Below, piece after piece: positions 49,502-61,888 of a stretch of 64,000 nucleotides of DNA. Below the pieces are notes generated by a model, which was given only the letters and a program-made list of their open reading frames with translations, was not told the DNA's origin and did no database searches. The stretch is from Moniliella sp. 'wahieum' (lineage: Eukaryota): the NCBI GenBank assembly GCA_003971905.1, contig RSEE01000037.1, positions 1-64,000 of the forward strand, written 5' to 3'. Made by a program: the position numbers and the translations under genes. Position 1 is the first letter of the stretch. Each line of letters begins with the position of its first letter.

Positions 49502-49874
49502 TGTTGGCCTAGGGACCGGACGGGCAGAAGGATGAGGAGAAGGTGATGGATTGGAGCCAGAGTTGGGTCTGGGTACAGAGGCATCTATATAGGAGGCTGG
49601 ACTAGGCACAGGGACAGTGAGTCACACAGGAGAGAGTGCAGGGCACAGGGACAGTGACACGCAGGGACGTCAGCGTGGAAGCCGATGGAACCGAGGCGAA
49701 CCTGGTCTACCGACTGGGAGCCAGAGGATCACAGTCAACACCCCCGCTGGCCAGGGAACCCGGAGACATCGGTTGTGGGATGAGCTCCTGCCAGTGGATG
49801 TAGAGAGGGGAGGACTTGAGTGGCAACCGGGACGAATGGCCTGGAGTTGTGCATGGCCACACGACTGGCCTACA
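49502..49874 (-). repeat. 5' LTR of the copia element (373 bp)
   Basis: TGTAGGCC...GGCCAACA on the minus strand; contains CTATATAG (TATA-like) and TGAGTCA. Confidence 0.95.
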
Positions 49875-51072
49875 GAGGCTTGGCCTGTTCGTTCGCACGG
49901 CGTTGCCCGAGACGCTCGACAGGGCCTGCCCGCTCAACCAGGCTAATCTGCTCGGAGAACTGAGCCTCAGATCGAACCCAGGCCCCACCATCGCACTGGG
50001 CGCCCCAGCAGAGGAAAAACCCACAGTGAGAAAATCGCAGTGGGGACGGCACAGCACACAAAGATCACATGCGGCACACCGAGTCATACATACAGTTGGG
50101 AGCAAACAACGGCGCCGTAGCGCCGTAGCCGGCTTGAATTCAAGCTTCAAGTTGAAGCTTCACATGCAACAAGCGCGTAAGCCCGCTATAGCAAGTGGCG
50201 CCGTCCCTCGTCACACGACCCTTGTTTGGTCGCTGATCGATCCTGTTGCCTACCAGCAAGACCTAAAGGCCTAACTCCGACCCATTCCGCGTCATGTCCA
50301 TGACACATTTGCCACACGCTTGCCCGTCCACCCATGCGGACGGGGCGGACTTGCTTTTTTGGAACTTTAATCCTCTCAGTCAGTCGCCTCAAACGATGCA
50401 ATGATGGTGCGGTAGGGTTAATCTTAGGATACACACGACATGGGACTGCCGCTATATAGTCCACCACGTCCACATGGCACTCTGCAGTCTCTCTCTCGTC
50501 TCGAAGCTCGATCTCTTGTTGTTCCGCCATCGCCGCTGGTGCCTGCGGGGCAGATCATTGGTGGACCAGACGGTGTGGGGGAAGGGGAAGACGATGAACA
50601 AAAAGAGTATAGACGTGCAGTCTGTATCCGCATCTACCAGTGCACACGTTTTCATCATTGTTCATGGGCAATCGTCGACACCATGGACTGAAGAGAAGAC
50701 TGACCAACATCGCGCGGACCATCTACTCATCGGCGGTCAGTCAACCGTCTCGACGCAACAACTCAAGCCTTTGCAAGACGTCAAAGTGGGGTAAACCGGA
50801 ATGGCCAGCCATGAAAGGAGTGCAAACGGCGGCAAAAAAAGAGCATAAGTACACACACCCTCAGAGAAGTGGATCCGAACGACCACAAGTGATACTATAC
50901 ACGTTTTGTGGAAGATGGCTTCAAGCTTCAAACCTGGGTAAAGAATCAGTGCCCTCGTTTGCCTCGTATCCCACTCCTTGGTTGTCTCGTTGGGTCCTGG
51001 GCTGTATGCCACAGTGCGTCTTCCCCCTTCTGCATCACTCCCAGTCGGTTGCCATGGGCACCTCAAAAGAAT

Positions 51073-51132
51073 GTGTGACGAGTACTGCGCTCGTGTGACG
51101 AATACTGCGCTCGTGTGACGAGTACTGCGCTC
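51073..51132. repeat. 20-bp tandem repeat (GTGTGACGAGTACTGCGCTC) x3
   Basis: Three head-to-tail units with one mismatch and no spacers. Confidence 0.9.
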
Positions 51133-51559
51133 CTAGATACTCGACACCTACTATAATAGAAGAATACAATCCAACAAGACCCAACAGCGTCTCCCCGAGG
51201 ATAAAGTCCACTCCACACAACCTCAATGGCGCAACAATGAACCAAAACATGGGAGAGAATATGTATGTAGTACGATCAGATATGGTATGAGATTCCATGC
51301 AGTGTACCCGAAGAGAGTGCGGGTACAAGAACGGTAAGTTGTATGTTGCCAGCACGAACTGCCACAAGTGTCAAATGGGGCGAGGGAACGTTCGGGGCAA
51401 AAGAGAGTGATGAGGAAAAAGAGCCAAGAGAAACCAGAAACGAGAAATGAGAAACGAGAAAGAGAAAGAGAAAAGAAAGAGAAAAGAGAAAAGAGAAAAG
51501 AGAAAGAGAAAAGCGAACAAAACAAAAAGACACAGAGAGTACTGTATCCAGACGGTTGC

Positions 51560-53963
51560 AATGGATGAGCGAGGTCGATGAGGGGATCAGGACCACTCTG
51601 AACCTGTACCATCCCAAACACCTCCCCCAACGTGCGGGACGAGGTATGTTCAGCCTCGAGAAGGGCACGCTCGGGGGGTACAGGTCCCACTCCAATCGCG
51701 GTACCAGGGGCAGGTCTCTGCCCTGGTCCTGCTCCCCTGGCACGGGCGGGAGCGAGGGCCAAAGGAGAAGGCAGAAGGTCGGCGGAGCCACCAAGCGTGT
51801 TTCATGGGACGATAAGCTGGTAGGCAGTGAGGTGGAGAGATGAGTCTTGTCGTCGCTGTACCCACATTCTCCGTAGAGGGGGAGAGTCCTTCGGTCCAAC
51901 TGGATACGGTGGCTTGGTGAGGTCCGGACAGGGGGCTTTGTCTGGCGTCAATTGGGCCGCTTGGGAAGCTTGGCCCGCAGCGTAGAAATGGGCATCGGTT
52001 CCGATCGTTCGGGCTGAAGTGAAGCACGAGATGGGACCACGATGACGCTGCTCCGTTCAAGTCCGTAGAATTGGTGCTGGCTTGGCTCACTTGGCTCGCT
52101 TGGCCTGCTTGGCCCACCAAGGTGGGAGCAGCTTGGTGCATGATCCAGGGAGTAGGGGAAGGAGCAGGCGGGGCTGCCGGGGACACAGCAAGAGAGGGGG
52201 CTTTGTTCCGTCGATCCCGATCCGTGTTGCGAGGCGGAGGGAGCAAGAAGCTGGGCAGGCCCATCGGAGGAGCGACAAGCAAAGGGAAAGACAGTGAGGC
52301 ATCACTGGGAAGCGAAAGTACAGGCGAGAGCGATACCGATATTGAGGACAGGTCCGACGCTGTCACGTAGCTCCCACAGGGCGACGCCGACCTGGAGGCA
52401 GGGAGGGACAAGTTGGGACTGAGACTGAGGTGGGAAGCAGGCGTCGTACCTAGCTCCTGCGGCGAAACCATACAGGGCGAAGGGGAACGCAGTGGGCTCG
52501 AGGGACGTGCCACATTGGCAGGCGGCGGCAGCAGTCCTTCTGTTGGCTGTGGGTGAGGAGGGAGCGCATGCGACAGCGGTGCATCCAGCTGTAGTCGACC
52601 AAAGCCTTTGCTATCCGTGGGGGAGATGGTTTCTTCCCCCCCCCAATGCAGCTGGGATAGGGCCTGGTTCCGGGCCAAGGGCGGGACATGGTCCATAACA
52701 TGTTGGTCGCCAACGGGGGTGGCTTACAGGGAGCAAATGGAGCCGCCGTGTCGCGTGGTGACGGCAACTGGGTCCACTACTACCCTTCTTGTCCTTCGCG
52801 GGCGCATCCTGCTGAAGTGCTTTCATCTTCTCCATGTGCTCTCCTTCCAGTTGAGCCACGACCGAGTCACGCCCACTGATCTTGGCCTGACGAAGCCGAC
52901 GACTCTCCATGCGCGCCAATTTGATTTTGCCCTCGTCGACAGAGCTGCGTCCACACTTGCGCAAAACTGGTTGGCATTCTCGAGGATCAGCGGTTATGCG
53001 ATTCGCGTCTGGACTTTTTGGTCCGCTGTTTCTTGCTGCTGTCCTTGGGATTGGTATGCGAAGGCCCGGCATCAGCATTGGCAGTATCGACGGCTCTTCG
53101 GACCGTTTTTTAGGCTGAAACTTCCAATTGGGATAAAGCTGCTGGTGTTGTTGCTGCTTCTCCTTGGCCAGGGTGTGCCACTGTCGCTTCTCAGGCAAGC
53201 TGAGCTGGTGCCAAACAATGCCGGCGAAATGGGCAATGTTTTGCATCTGGTTCCCCAGCACATCCCTTTCCATCCGAATCAACCAGGAACGAAAGAGGAT
53301 AAACGCATTGGGCGGCCGCTTGATTGGCCCGGATCCATCTTGCGCCCGTGGGAGCGCTTGGGAGGGTGGTCCGACGGATCGAGAGGGACAAGGTCCATGC
53401 CTTGCGGGTCAGGCGTCAGGGAGCGCGGCCGCACTTGCTCCACGTCAAGAGAGGCACTAGCTGTATCCAGATGCCACGGAAAAAAGGGCATCGCCACAGT
53501 CCAACACAGGTCAGCTTGACCATACTTTTCTCACGGACACCGAATTGGATAGTCCCACTCACACGAAGGAGAAGTTTGTCGGCGAGACTGGTTGGGCAGC
53601 TGCAGAACTTCCGATCCAGATTTCGAGGTCTGGAAAACGCAAGAGACAGAGACGGAGGTGAGCGTTTTGTTCGCGGATGTGACAGAAAAAGGAGAGGGGA
53701 AAGCGGAAGAAGGTGATCTGGAGGAGGAAAGACAAACCTGTTGCTGGGCCAAGGGGCTGCGCCCGCTGGAGCGTCTGCGTTCCAAGGCGAGGCGCTGTGC
53801 CGCCTCGAACGCTTCGCCCTGATCGGGGGTGGGCGGGGTGCAGAAGAAGTTGGGCAGGGAGCAGCCGAGGGCATGGTGGAGGACATGAGCTGGAGCAGGT
53901 GCGGGTCCATTGCGTCCAGCGGCTGGTCCAGCAGGCGGGGTTTGCGTCGGGGGGGCTGGCCAT
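51560..53963 (-). CDS. Sequence-specific HMG-box transcription factor (MATA_HMG/Rox1/Prf1-like class)
   Basis: IKRPPNAFILFRSWLI...NIAHFAGIVWHQLSLPEKRQWHTLAKEKQQQHQQLYPNWKFQPKKR at about 53110-53325, with a long Ser/Pro-rich tail. Ends approximate. Confidence 0.85.
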
Positions 53964-54496
53964 GAGAAGGGGGTGGGGATGGGGGTGGGAGGGGAGATGG
54001 GGCGAGAAGGGGGGCAATGCGATCGGAGCGAGGGGGGAACAAAGGCTGTGGGGGGCATATATATATATATATATATCGCCGCAGCAGCAGCATCTGTGTG
54101 TGTGGGTCAGACTACAGCATACTCCGGGTCGGGCCGTCCGAAGAGGACACGCAAGCCGAGGTGGAGGGCCAGCGAAGGGATGGATGGGGAGGGGCGTGTG
54201 CGAAGGCAGCCAGCACAGGCCCAGCAGGGCCACCGCCAGCAAGAAGGGGTTCCTGAAGGGGGTTCCGTCGGCGTGTGCGCGGCGGGAGCGGGAGGCAGGC
54301 CCAGGCGCACCGGCCGAAGCGGCGCCCCAGGCGGGGCTCCCGCGAGGCAGGTGTGACGTCATATAGTGTATGCCAGATTACATAACCAGTGTTCCTACAA
54401 ACGAAGCAAAAAAAAACGGGCTATTGCGCAACTCGAACTGCGGGGTGGATGGCTGCGATGGATGAACATGTCGATGTAGTAGGGTAAATGCCCCCA

Positions 54497-56178
54497 CTAG
54501 TACCGCCGGATGGCCCCCTCGGCGCCGGCGACGACGGTGTGGCCGGTGGCGTCGATGCGCACCTTGGTGGCCCGCAGCGTGTCCCAGCCAGCCAGCTCTT
54601 CCAGCACCTCCCCCCCCCCCTTCCGCTTGGAAGCCGCGCGCGGTGGGGCAGGCCATCGGCCGACGACGCCAGGTACTCGTCCCCGTCGAGCGCTTGGATG
54701 TCCGTCACCTCGGCGGTCGAGCGTTCCCATGCCGCCACCACGTCGCATGCGTCGCCCTTCTCGCCCGTCGGGCCTTCGGACGTGCTCAGCATACGCGGGT
54801 CCAGCAGCGAAAAGATGCCCTTGGAGCTCCCTGTCAGCAACCGCCCCCCCCATCCACGCCACGCTGACCAAACTGCCCGTCGCACGTCGCTGCCCCGACC
54901 ACCGCACCGCCGCCGACGGCGCTGGGTCCCAGCTGGCAGGAGGGAACTGGCTCAGCGCAGGTACGTAGCTCTCTCCGGACAACGAGGCTGCTGCCCCTCG
55001 GATGGAGAGAAGAAGCAGAAGCGGAAGCGGAAGCAGAAGCAGAAGCAGGGGCAGAGGCGGAGGCGGGTAGGCGCACGTCGACCAACTGCACTGCTCCGGA
55101 CGCCAGGGCAACCGCTACCACGTTACCTTCTGCCGGGGATAGAGCGAGGGCATTGGCCGAGCTAAAGCGTGGCATGGCGTAGGAGCTGAGTTGCTTGCCC
55201 TGCCCCACATCCCACAGACGTACCGTCCCATCTGCCCCACCCGTCACGACGTGTCTCCCTCGCCCGATAATCTCGCTGGCCAGGACGGCGCGTTTGTGTC
55301 CCCACAATGTCCGCGGGTTGGCATTTCCCGCGCTGAGAAGATCCGGACCGACATGTCCGAGCTGGTGTAAGGATTACTGGGAACGAACAAAGGTCAGACC
55401 TGCTGTTCCTATGCACGGGGGAGAAGATCGGGGGGGAGAAAAGCGATGCCTACCTTCTCCACTAGGGAAAAACTTGGCAGATCGAAGGTCGCCCACATGG
55501 CCAGTGAGGGACAACGTTTCCTTGGCCGCGCGCTCCGCATCCAACTGAGCCATACGACGCTGAGCTCGCTGCTCCAACTCGGACGTAGCTGGCTCTTGCT
55601 GTGCGCTTCTTCTGCGCGGCGGCAGAATGCCCGGTAGCGTCCCCACTTGCAGCGCGCCATCGTCGCCCCTGCCACATACAGACCATTGGTCGGACTCACA
55701 TCAAACGCCTGGATGCCTGCGGGCGAGGCCAGCTTGCCAGAGGAAAGGTGCCGCGTATGCAGCGGGAACCGAATATGGATGCTCGGCTGGCGGATTTGGT
55801 CTTGGCGCGCATAAATCGAGTGCAGTCCCAGTCCCACCTCCGATCGCGGCGCAGGGTCTTGCCCACCACCGTCACCCTTATCCCTGTCTGTAGATAGAGA
55901 TAGTACGCACGTCAGTAGTGGTCCGCGTCGTAGGGTGGAATACGGGCGGTACGCACGCTGCTGGGCTCAGAGATGGTGAGGGCAGATGTGTCGGGGTCAA
56001 TGCGCGGCGGGCCCTGGGCGCTGTGCTGGACAGAGAGGCGGGCATGCAGCGAGGCATCGGGTGCGTTCGATGCGTAGACCGACAGCCACGTCTTCTCTCC
56101 TCCGCCCGCCAGCTGCGACGTCGCGCACGACGTCCGGGTAGTGGGCTGGTGGATGGAGATGTAAGGCACGCTGGCCAT
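54497..56178 (-). CDS. RPN14: WD40 proteasome-assembly chaperone Rpn14/PAAF1-like
   Basis: LTGHVGDLRSAKFFPSGE, LRIFSA...PRTLWGHKRAVLASEIIGRGRHVVTGGADGTVRLWD, and the C-terminus AGAEGAIRRY*. Confidence 0.78.
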
Positions 56179-56389
56179 GGCGGGGGGCGTGGTGGGTGTG
56201 GGGGGGGGGAAGGGGGGGGGTGGCAAGTCGAAGCTCGACGGAGCTGGCCAGTATAATGTGCCGGCTAAATTTCAGCTGCAGTCGTGCCGTCGAAGGCTGT
56301 CGACCGCCCGGTGGCTCAACTCGACCAGTGTGGAGACTCACCACTCTGACTCAGGAACCACCACTCTCCACTCTCCACTCCGCCTCCAC

Positions 56390-57695
56390 ATGCACGGCGT
56401 GAAGCGTGCGACGCAGAAGCAGAGCGAGGAGGCGCGGCAGGCCAAGAAGGCCGCCGAGGCTCGGCAGCTCGAGGTGCTCACTACGCTCGAAGCGCGTGTG
56501 GGCGTTGCGCGCCGAAGCCGTGGCGCACGGGACGCTGAGCCACGCCCAGGCGCAGCAGACGCTCGAAGCTACGCCCAACTTCTCGCTGTCAACCCAGAAA
56601 CGGCCACCGCATGGAACGTGCGCCGGCAAGCTGTTGTCGAGCTCTTGTTGCACACGTACACCCCAGCGGGCCCAGCACCCCGCCGCCCACGCGTTCGCCC
56701 AGATGCGCTGCTCCAGGCCACGTTGCTGGATGGGGACATTGATGCGACCGAGGTCGCGCTGCGTGCTCACCCGAAAGTGTACTGGATCTGGAACCACAGA
56801 AGATGGTGTTTGCAGATGTACCGTCTCCGCAGCAGATTCAGGCGGCGCAGGCGGTCGTTGCGGGCACAGCGCCCACGTGGCCGAGCGGCCGGACGCCGGG
56901 GCAGAGCTGGAGCGCGAGTTGCGCCAGGGAGGCAAGTGGGCAGCGAAATGAAGTTGGGGAACGCATGTTGGACATGATCCACGAACTTTCATGGGTTGGA
57001 ATTATCGTCGCTACGTGCTTGCCCATTTGGCCTTGGCCGCTGCGCCCAGTGAAGCGCCAGTGGCAATGCAGGAGGCGACCAAGACGTGCCACCGCAAGTC
57101 GTTGCTGCGCTGAACTCCTCCTCCCCCACCCCTTTCCCGACCCAGATCCCTGGTCGTTACTGGAAAAGGAGCTGGCCTACACGCAACGCAAGATCGAGCA
57201 AAACTTCTCCAACTTTAGTGCGTGGCACCAGCGCCAAATGGTCTTGCGCCACCGCTGGGCTTTGGCAGAGGAGGGGAAGCAAGCGGATTGGCTAGGGAAC
57301 TGGACTTGTTGCAACAAGCCATGTACACCGACCCTTCCGACGGCAGCATCTGGCAACACCACCGCTGGATCTCACGAGGCCAAGCAACAAGCTCTCCCCG
57401 CTGGCGATAACACCACTTTGGACGCCGAGATCCAGTCCTCACCGAGCTGTTGGAACTGGAACCGGACGCGATCTGTAGTCTCTCCTTGGTGTTGGTTGCG
57501 CGGAAGGGGGGTAGTAGTATGACAGTGGTTCAGTGTGCAAGCAGAGTATCGTCTGGCTCCTTGGGATGCGAGAGAAAGACACGGCTGTCCACGCCGGACG
57601 TGATAGTACCGATCCCGATCGTGCCCACAACAGCGGCTGCTGACCCAGGGAGGAGCAGGACCCACTGCGGAAACGACGGTACCACGATCAACTAG
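56390..57695 (+). CDS. BET4: Rab geranylgeranyltransferase (type II) alpha subunit
   Basis: MHGVKR start and PPTA repeats NPETATAWNVRR, HPKVYWIWNHRRW, IEQNFSNFSAWHQR and AMYTDPSDGSIW. The 3' end is approximate. Confidence 0.9.
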
Positions 57696-57988
57696 CCGCC
57701 CTCGGTTGAATTACGAATGGAATCGAGCCAGCCCCATCTTTTCTGTTTGGTCGGCTTGTGGCGCTACGCTATTCGGACAATGTGCGCCTGGAGAAGTCAC
57801 TAGTATGCAGGGGAGGAGTGGAATCTGGTGCGTTGACGGCGCAGCAGAACAATCTGTCCGCAGGGAGAAATCGGCGCCAGGGTTAGGGTTGGTGCCCACC
57901 GAGCGCTGAGATGTTTCAATTTCAAGCGCGACGCGGTGCAGCGGCTGCGAGCTACGCGTATTGGGTTGCCATTCAAGATCTGTGCGCG

Positions 57989-59149
57989 ATGGCCCGCGCG
58001 TCGGCGGCGCTGCTTTCTCCCCGCCACCACCACCACCAACACCGCGATGACGGCCAACCACACCATCGCCCGCGTCCGCATCCCGCGCGCGCCCGGCACC
58101 CCGACACCCCACCACCACCCACAAGCCTATCTACCTCCAGCCCTGCGATGCGTCGCGCGTCGCGCGCCCTCCCCCCAGCCCATCTCCGACGAGGAGGACG
58201 AAGAGGACGCGTGCAGCGACCGATCCGCCCTGCCCACCTTGCGCCGTCCCTTCCCCTCAGCGCCACACGTCCCCCCGCCCCCGCCGAAACGTCGTTGTGA
58301 CAGAGGACGAGATGGAGGCGCACGATGGTTCCGACCACGACAGCCTGCAGCACGGCGCCCACTCCAGCCCCCAGGCGTATGCGTATGGGCATGAGAACGA
58401 ACAGCAGACGCGCAGCAAGGCTCTGGATCGTCATGCTCCCACTTCCCCTCCCAAGCTAGGGAGGTGTCTGCCTGGGCTGACTCGCCTCCGTCCAGCTCGC
58501 CGGCGCTCAAGCGGCGTCTTGGCTCTGCACACCGCGTGTCCAAGCGGACCAAACTAGCTTCTGCGCCCTCGTCCGAATCCGACCCCGAGCCCGAGTCTGA
58601 CCCTGAGTCCGAGCCCGAGCCCGAATCAGAATCGGATACCTACACACAGGATGAACAGTTGTCGCAAGAGGAGGAGGAGGAGGACGAAGAGGAAGGGGAA
58701 AAGAAGAAGAAGAAGAAGTGCTGCAGAAGCGCATGGAGCCTCTGCGACGTTCCACACGCCACCGGATCAAGCCGTTGGAATGGTGGCGTGGCGAGCGCGC
58801 CGAGTACGGACGTCCGCCCCCCGGAGACGCAGACGCAGACGCAGATGCAGACGGAACCGTGGTCGGGCCCACCTTGACCTCCGTCCACCGTGTCGAGCGC
58901 GCCGAGGGCGAAGGTACGTTTACTGGGTTGCATCGCAAGTTGGCCTCGTACCACGCCAAACGCAATGGCACCGGCACTGGCACTGGTGCTCGTACCCGTA
59001 CCCGTCGTCTGCCCACGCCACCGAGAACCTCATCGGTAGACGCCGAGGAGCAGGCGGGCAAGCGGCCCCAGCACGAGCGCTCGGACCATGCGCGCGAGGT
59101 TGAGGATGAGGAGGAGGGTGTCACCTCTGCAGAGGAGTCAGGAATCGAC

Positions 59150-59190
<41 letters not shown>

Positions 59191-59957
59191 AGAGCAAGAG
59201 CAAGAGCAAGAAGAAGATCAAGGTATCGCGGACCAAGAGATGGAGCAAGGGTCCCACCTTGGGTACGAATCGGGTCCCGAGGAGGTGGAGCTCGACGAGG
59301 AGGAGGGCGAGTTTGTCGAGTTGGACCCTACGGCGGACAATGTGGCAGTGGAGGATGGGATGGACGAAGGGACGGAGCGGATGCAGCGTGTGTGGGATCC
59401 GGATCTGCAGCGCGAAGTTCTCCGACCAATTGCGTGTCCGTCACATCAGATTCATCTCCAAGTCGCTCCGGGAGACAACTCGGGCTTTGACAAGTTGCTC
59501 AGCATAGATGATACCTTGGCCTCGGGCGTGCTCTACATTCCTGTTGGGAAGAGCAAGGAGCCCAGATCAAGCAGGGAAACCAACTACGTACGTCACTCCC
59601 CCCCCCGCCCCTTCCCCTTGCCTCATTGCCTTCTTGCTACCGTGCATCTTTTTCTTTGGCCGTTCTTCTCGCTAACTTGGAAACGACCAGATGTTCTTTG
59701 TGATCCAAGGTGCGGTCCGTGTCCAGGTGGGCCAAAGTCAGTTCACCATGGCGCCCGGCGGACTGTTCCTGGTGCCAAGGGGCAACCTGTACTCCATTAC
59801 CAACATTTCTCAACGCGAAGCACGGCTGATGTTTACCCAGGCCCGCAACTGGGCTGGACGAGCAAGTGCCGCGTTGCGCGCGTCAGTGCCACCACGCTTG
59901 CGCAGGGGAACTGTGGGACCCCTTCGGCAGGCATCCTCCATGATCCATGAACGTTGA
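57989..59957 (+). CDS. MIF2: Inner kinetochore protein Mif2/CENP-C
   Basis: CENP-C motif LRRSTRHRIKPLEWWRGER, an acidic (EQ)n region, and a C-terminal cupin FFVIQGAV...FLVPRGNLYSITN...ARLMFTQAR after an intron at about 59588-59690. Confidence 0.92.
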
Positions 59958-60713
59958 ACGTTGACCGTTGAACGTTAACTGTTGACCGTTGACCGTCCGA
60001 ACCTTTTACCCCCGTCCCTGCGCCTCATCTCCTCGTCCGACCGCTTTTCTCCTTGTTCATCCCCTCTATCTTCCCTGTTACACCCTCTTGGTTCCACAAT
60101 CTGACTGAAGAAACACAAAAAAAAGGCTGAGTTAATTGTATCCCCGGTGGGATGCCTCTAGCCCTTAGGCTTCCCCGCGCCATGGTTAAGAGTAACCAAG
60201 GCCGCGCAGGCGTGCCTATCTGGGCACAGTGCTTCATCTTATGGTTATCAACCGTATCAACGTTTAAGGGGTACGGGTACGGGGTAATGGGTACTAATGG
60301 GTAATGGTGGTGAGTAGCTCAAGAGGTTCTGATTCCCGCCGCACATCTCCAAACCGGATGTACTAATAGTGGGTGGGGGGAGATGGAGGAACGTGAGGGC
60401 GGGATTTGGCCTTGCCCTGGCATCAGTATCCCAAGGGACTAGCCGAGCACCTGTGGACTTCCAACGGTAATGGACAATGACAAAGTGCTGTACTACCGGG
60501 CAACATGCTGCCCCTTTTCTCGTTTATGGTGTTTCCTTTTTGACCTGCCTATAATATGGAACCTATGCCAGCCCAGCTCATCGACATTGCTCATCGCTCA
60601 TCTCAGTCCGTGGGGCCGACCCATACGCGCCCCGCAAGCGACCGGGCGACGAGGCAAGAGGCAAATGAGGGCAAGGCATGCCGGCCAAAGGGACTGCTAC
60701 GCGCGGGTGCGGT

Positions 60714-61888
60714 TTAAAGCAAGTCCTCTGCGTAGGGCAAGTCATGGACGTTGCCCACGGCCGCGCTGGACGGGACCGAAGCGAGCAACTGGCCCGCAGC
60801 GGCAACCACGTCGTCCTTGCTGACCTGGCTAATGGCGTCCAGCTGGGCTTGCACTTCCACAGGGGCACCAAGCAGCAAGCGCGCCGCAGCAAGCTGCGAA
60901 GCCTCGGCACTTTCGTACGTCTGAGCCAGGGCCAACTTCGCCTGCGTGATGGCCTTGGCAACGCGTCGACCTGTCCAGCAGCGACGGCCTTGAGCGTGGC
61001 CACGGGCGCCGAGGTGCCGGCGGGAAGACGGAGACCGAAGAGAGCTGCGTCCTTGTAGGGGAGGTAGAATGCCTGACCAGCACCAGCATCTTCAATCACA
61101 GCGCGCAGCACGGCCAAGGTGCTCTCCGCCACGCCGGCCGCATCAAACGCGAGCAAAAATTCGCTGGCGTGCGCTTGGGCGATGCGCGCTTGCCCCAAAG
61201 TAGGTAGGTGCGGCCGGGGCCTGCGGCGCAAAGCCCGAAGGAAGCGAGAAGGCATCGGCCACGAGCGCAGCCAAGTCCGGCACGCCCGTGCCGGCCACAG
61301 CGACCTGGTCCGACGTCAACACGCTCTCCGCGTACCGCCGCACCGTTTCGAACGGCAACGGATGGGCTGGGTGCGCGAGCAGGCTCTGGCCAGGACCCTT
61401 GTTGTGGTACGCAGCGTGCGTCAGCGCCTCGAGGCCCGTGACGAGCGGGGCGTGGGTGGCGGCGGAGCGTCGGCGTGGAGGGCCGGGACGACATGTTCGT
61501 TGTACTCCCACGTGGGCAGGGTGGGGTGGAGAGCGTCGGCCAGCAGACGCACAACGAAGTCGGCGTCCTCGGGCTGGAACTGGGCGGTGAGGTAGACGTG
61601 TTCCTTGTCGAGCGCCGAGGCGAGCACGGCGCCGCGCAGCTCGGCCTCGCGCACGATGGACAGCGCGGAGCGGGTCGAGTTGGCCTGGAGCAGCCAGTGC
61701 TGGAGCGCAGCAGCGGCACCGGGCGCACGCTGGTAGCGGGCGCCGGCACGGAGGGCGACGGTGACGCTGGCGGCGGCGGCGGCGGGGGCGGACGCAACGG
61801 GGATGCCGCCGGCGGTGGCGGTGGCAAAGGACCGCCGGCCCAGGCCCAGGCCCAGTGCGCGTGGCGGAAGCACAGGACGAGCCAGCAT
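60714..61888 (-). CDS. QCR2: Cytochrome bc1 complex core protein 2 (M16 peptidase-like), mitochondrial
   Basis: Presequence RRSFAT, RAGARY...RSALSIVREAELRGAVLASALDKEHVYLTAQF, and the C-terminus AAVGNVHDLPYAEDL. Confidence 0.9.

Larger units (their letters stand above)
43456..49874 (-). mobile_element. Full-length Ty1/copia LTR retrotransposon
   Basis: LTRs at 43456-43829 and 49502-49874 with TG...CA ends and a 5-bp TSD GAGGC (43451-43455 and 49875-49879). Domain order is PR-IN-RT-RNaseH. Confidence 0.96.

Noticed and set aside
50186..50660. Short minus-strand ORFs next to the copia LTR
   Set aside because: No recognisable domain or consistent gene structure.
51073..51132. 20-bp repeats as a CRISPR array (also 44416-44491)
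   Set aside because: The units are head-to-tail with no spacers, there are no cas genes, and the context is eukaryotic.
56219..56227. PACE-like GGTGGCAAG upstream of RPN14
   Set aside because: One mismatch to the yeast Rpn4 site, overlaps a G homopolymer, and I cannot support Rpn4-type regulation in this lineage.
57879..57891. Interstitial AGGGTTAGGGTT
   Set aside because: Only two telomere-like units, which is compatible with chance or a Myb-type promoter site and is not evidence of a fusion.
60305..60352. tRNA-like words (AGCTCA...GGTTCTGATTCCC...CCA)
   Set aside because: Too short, with no anticodon arm or acceptor stem pairing.
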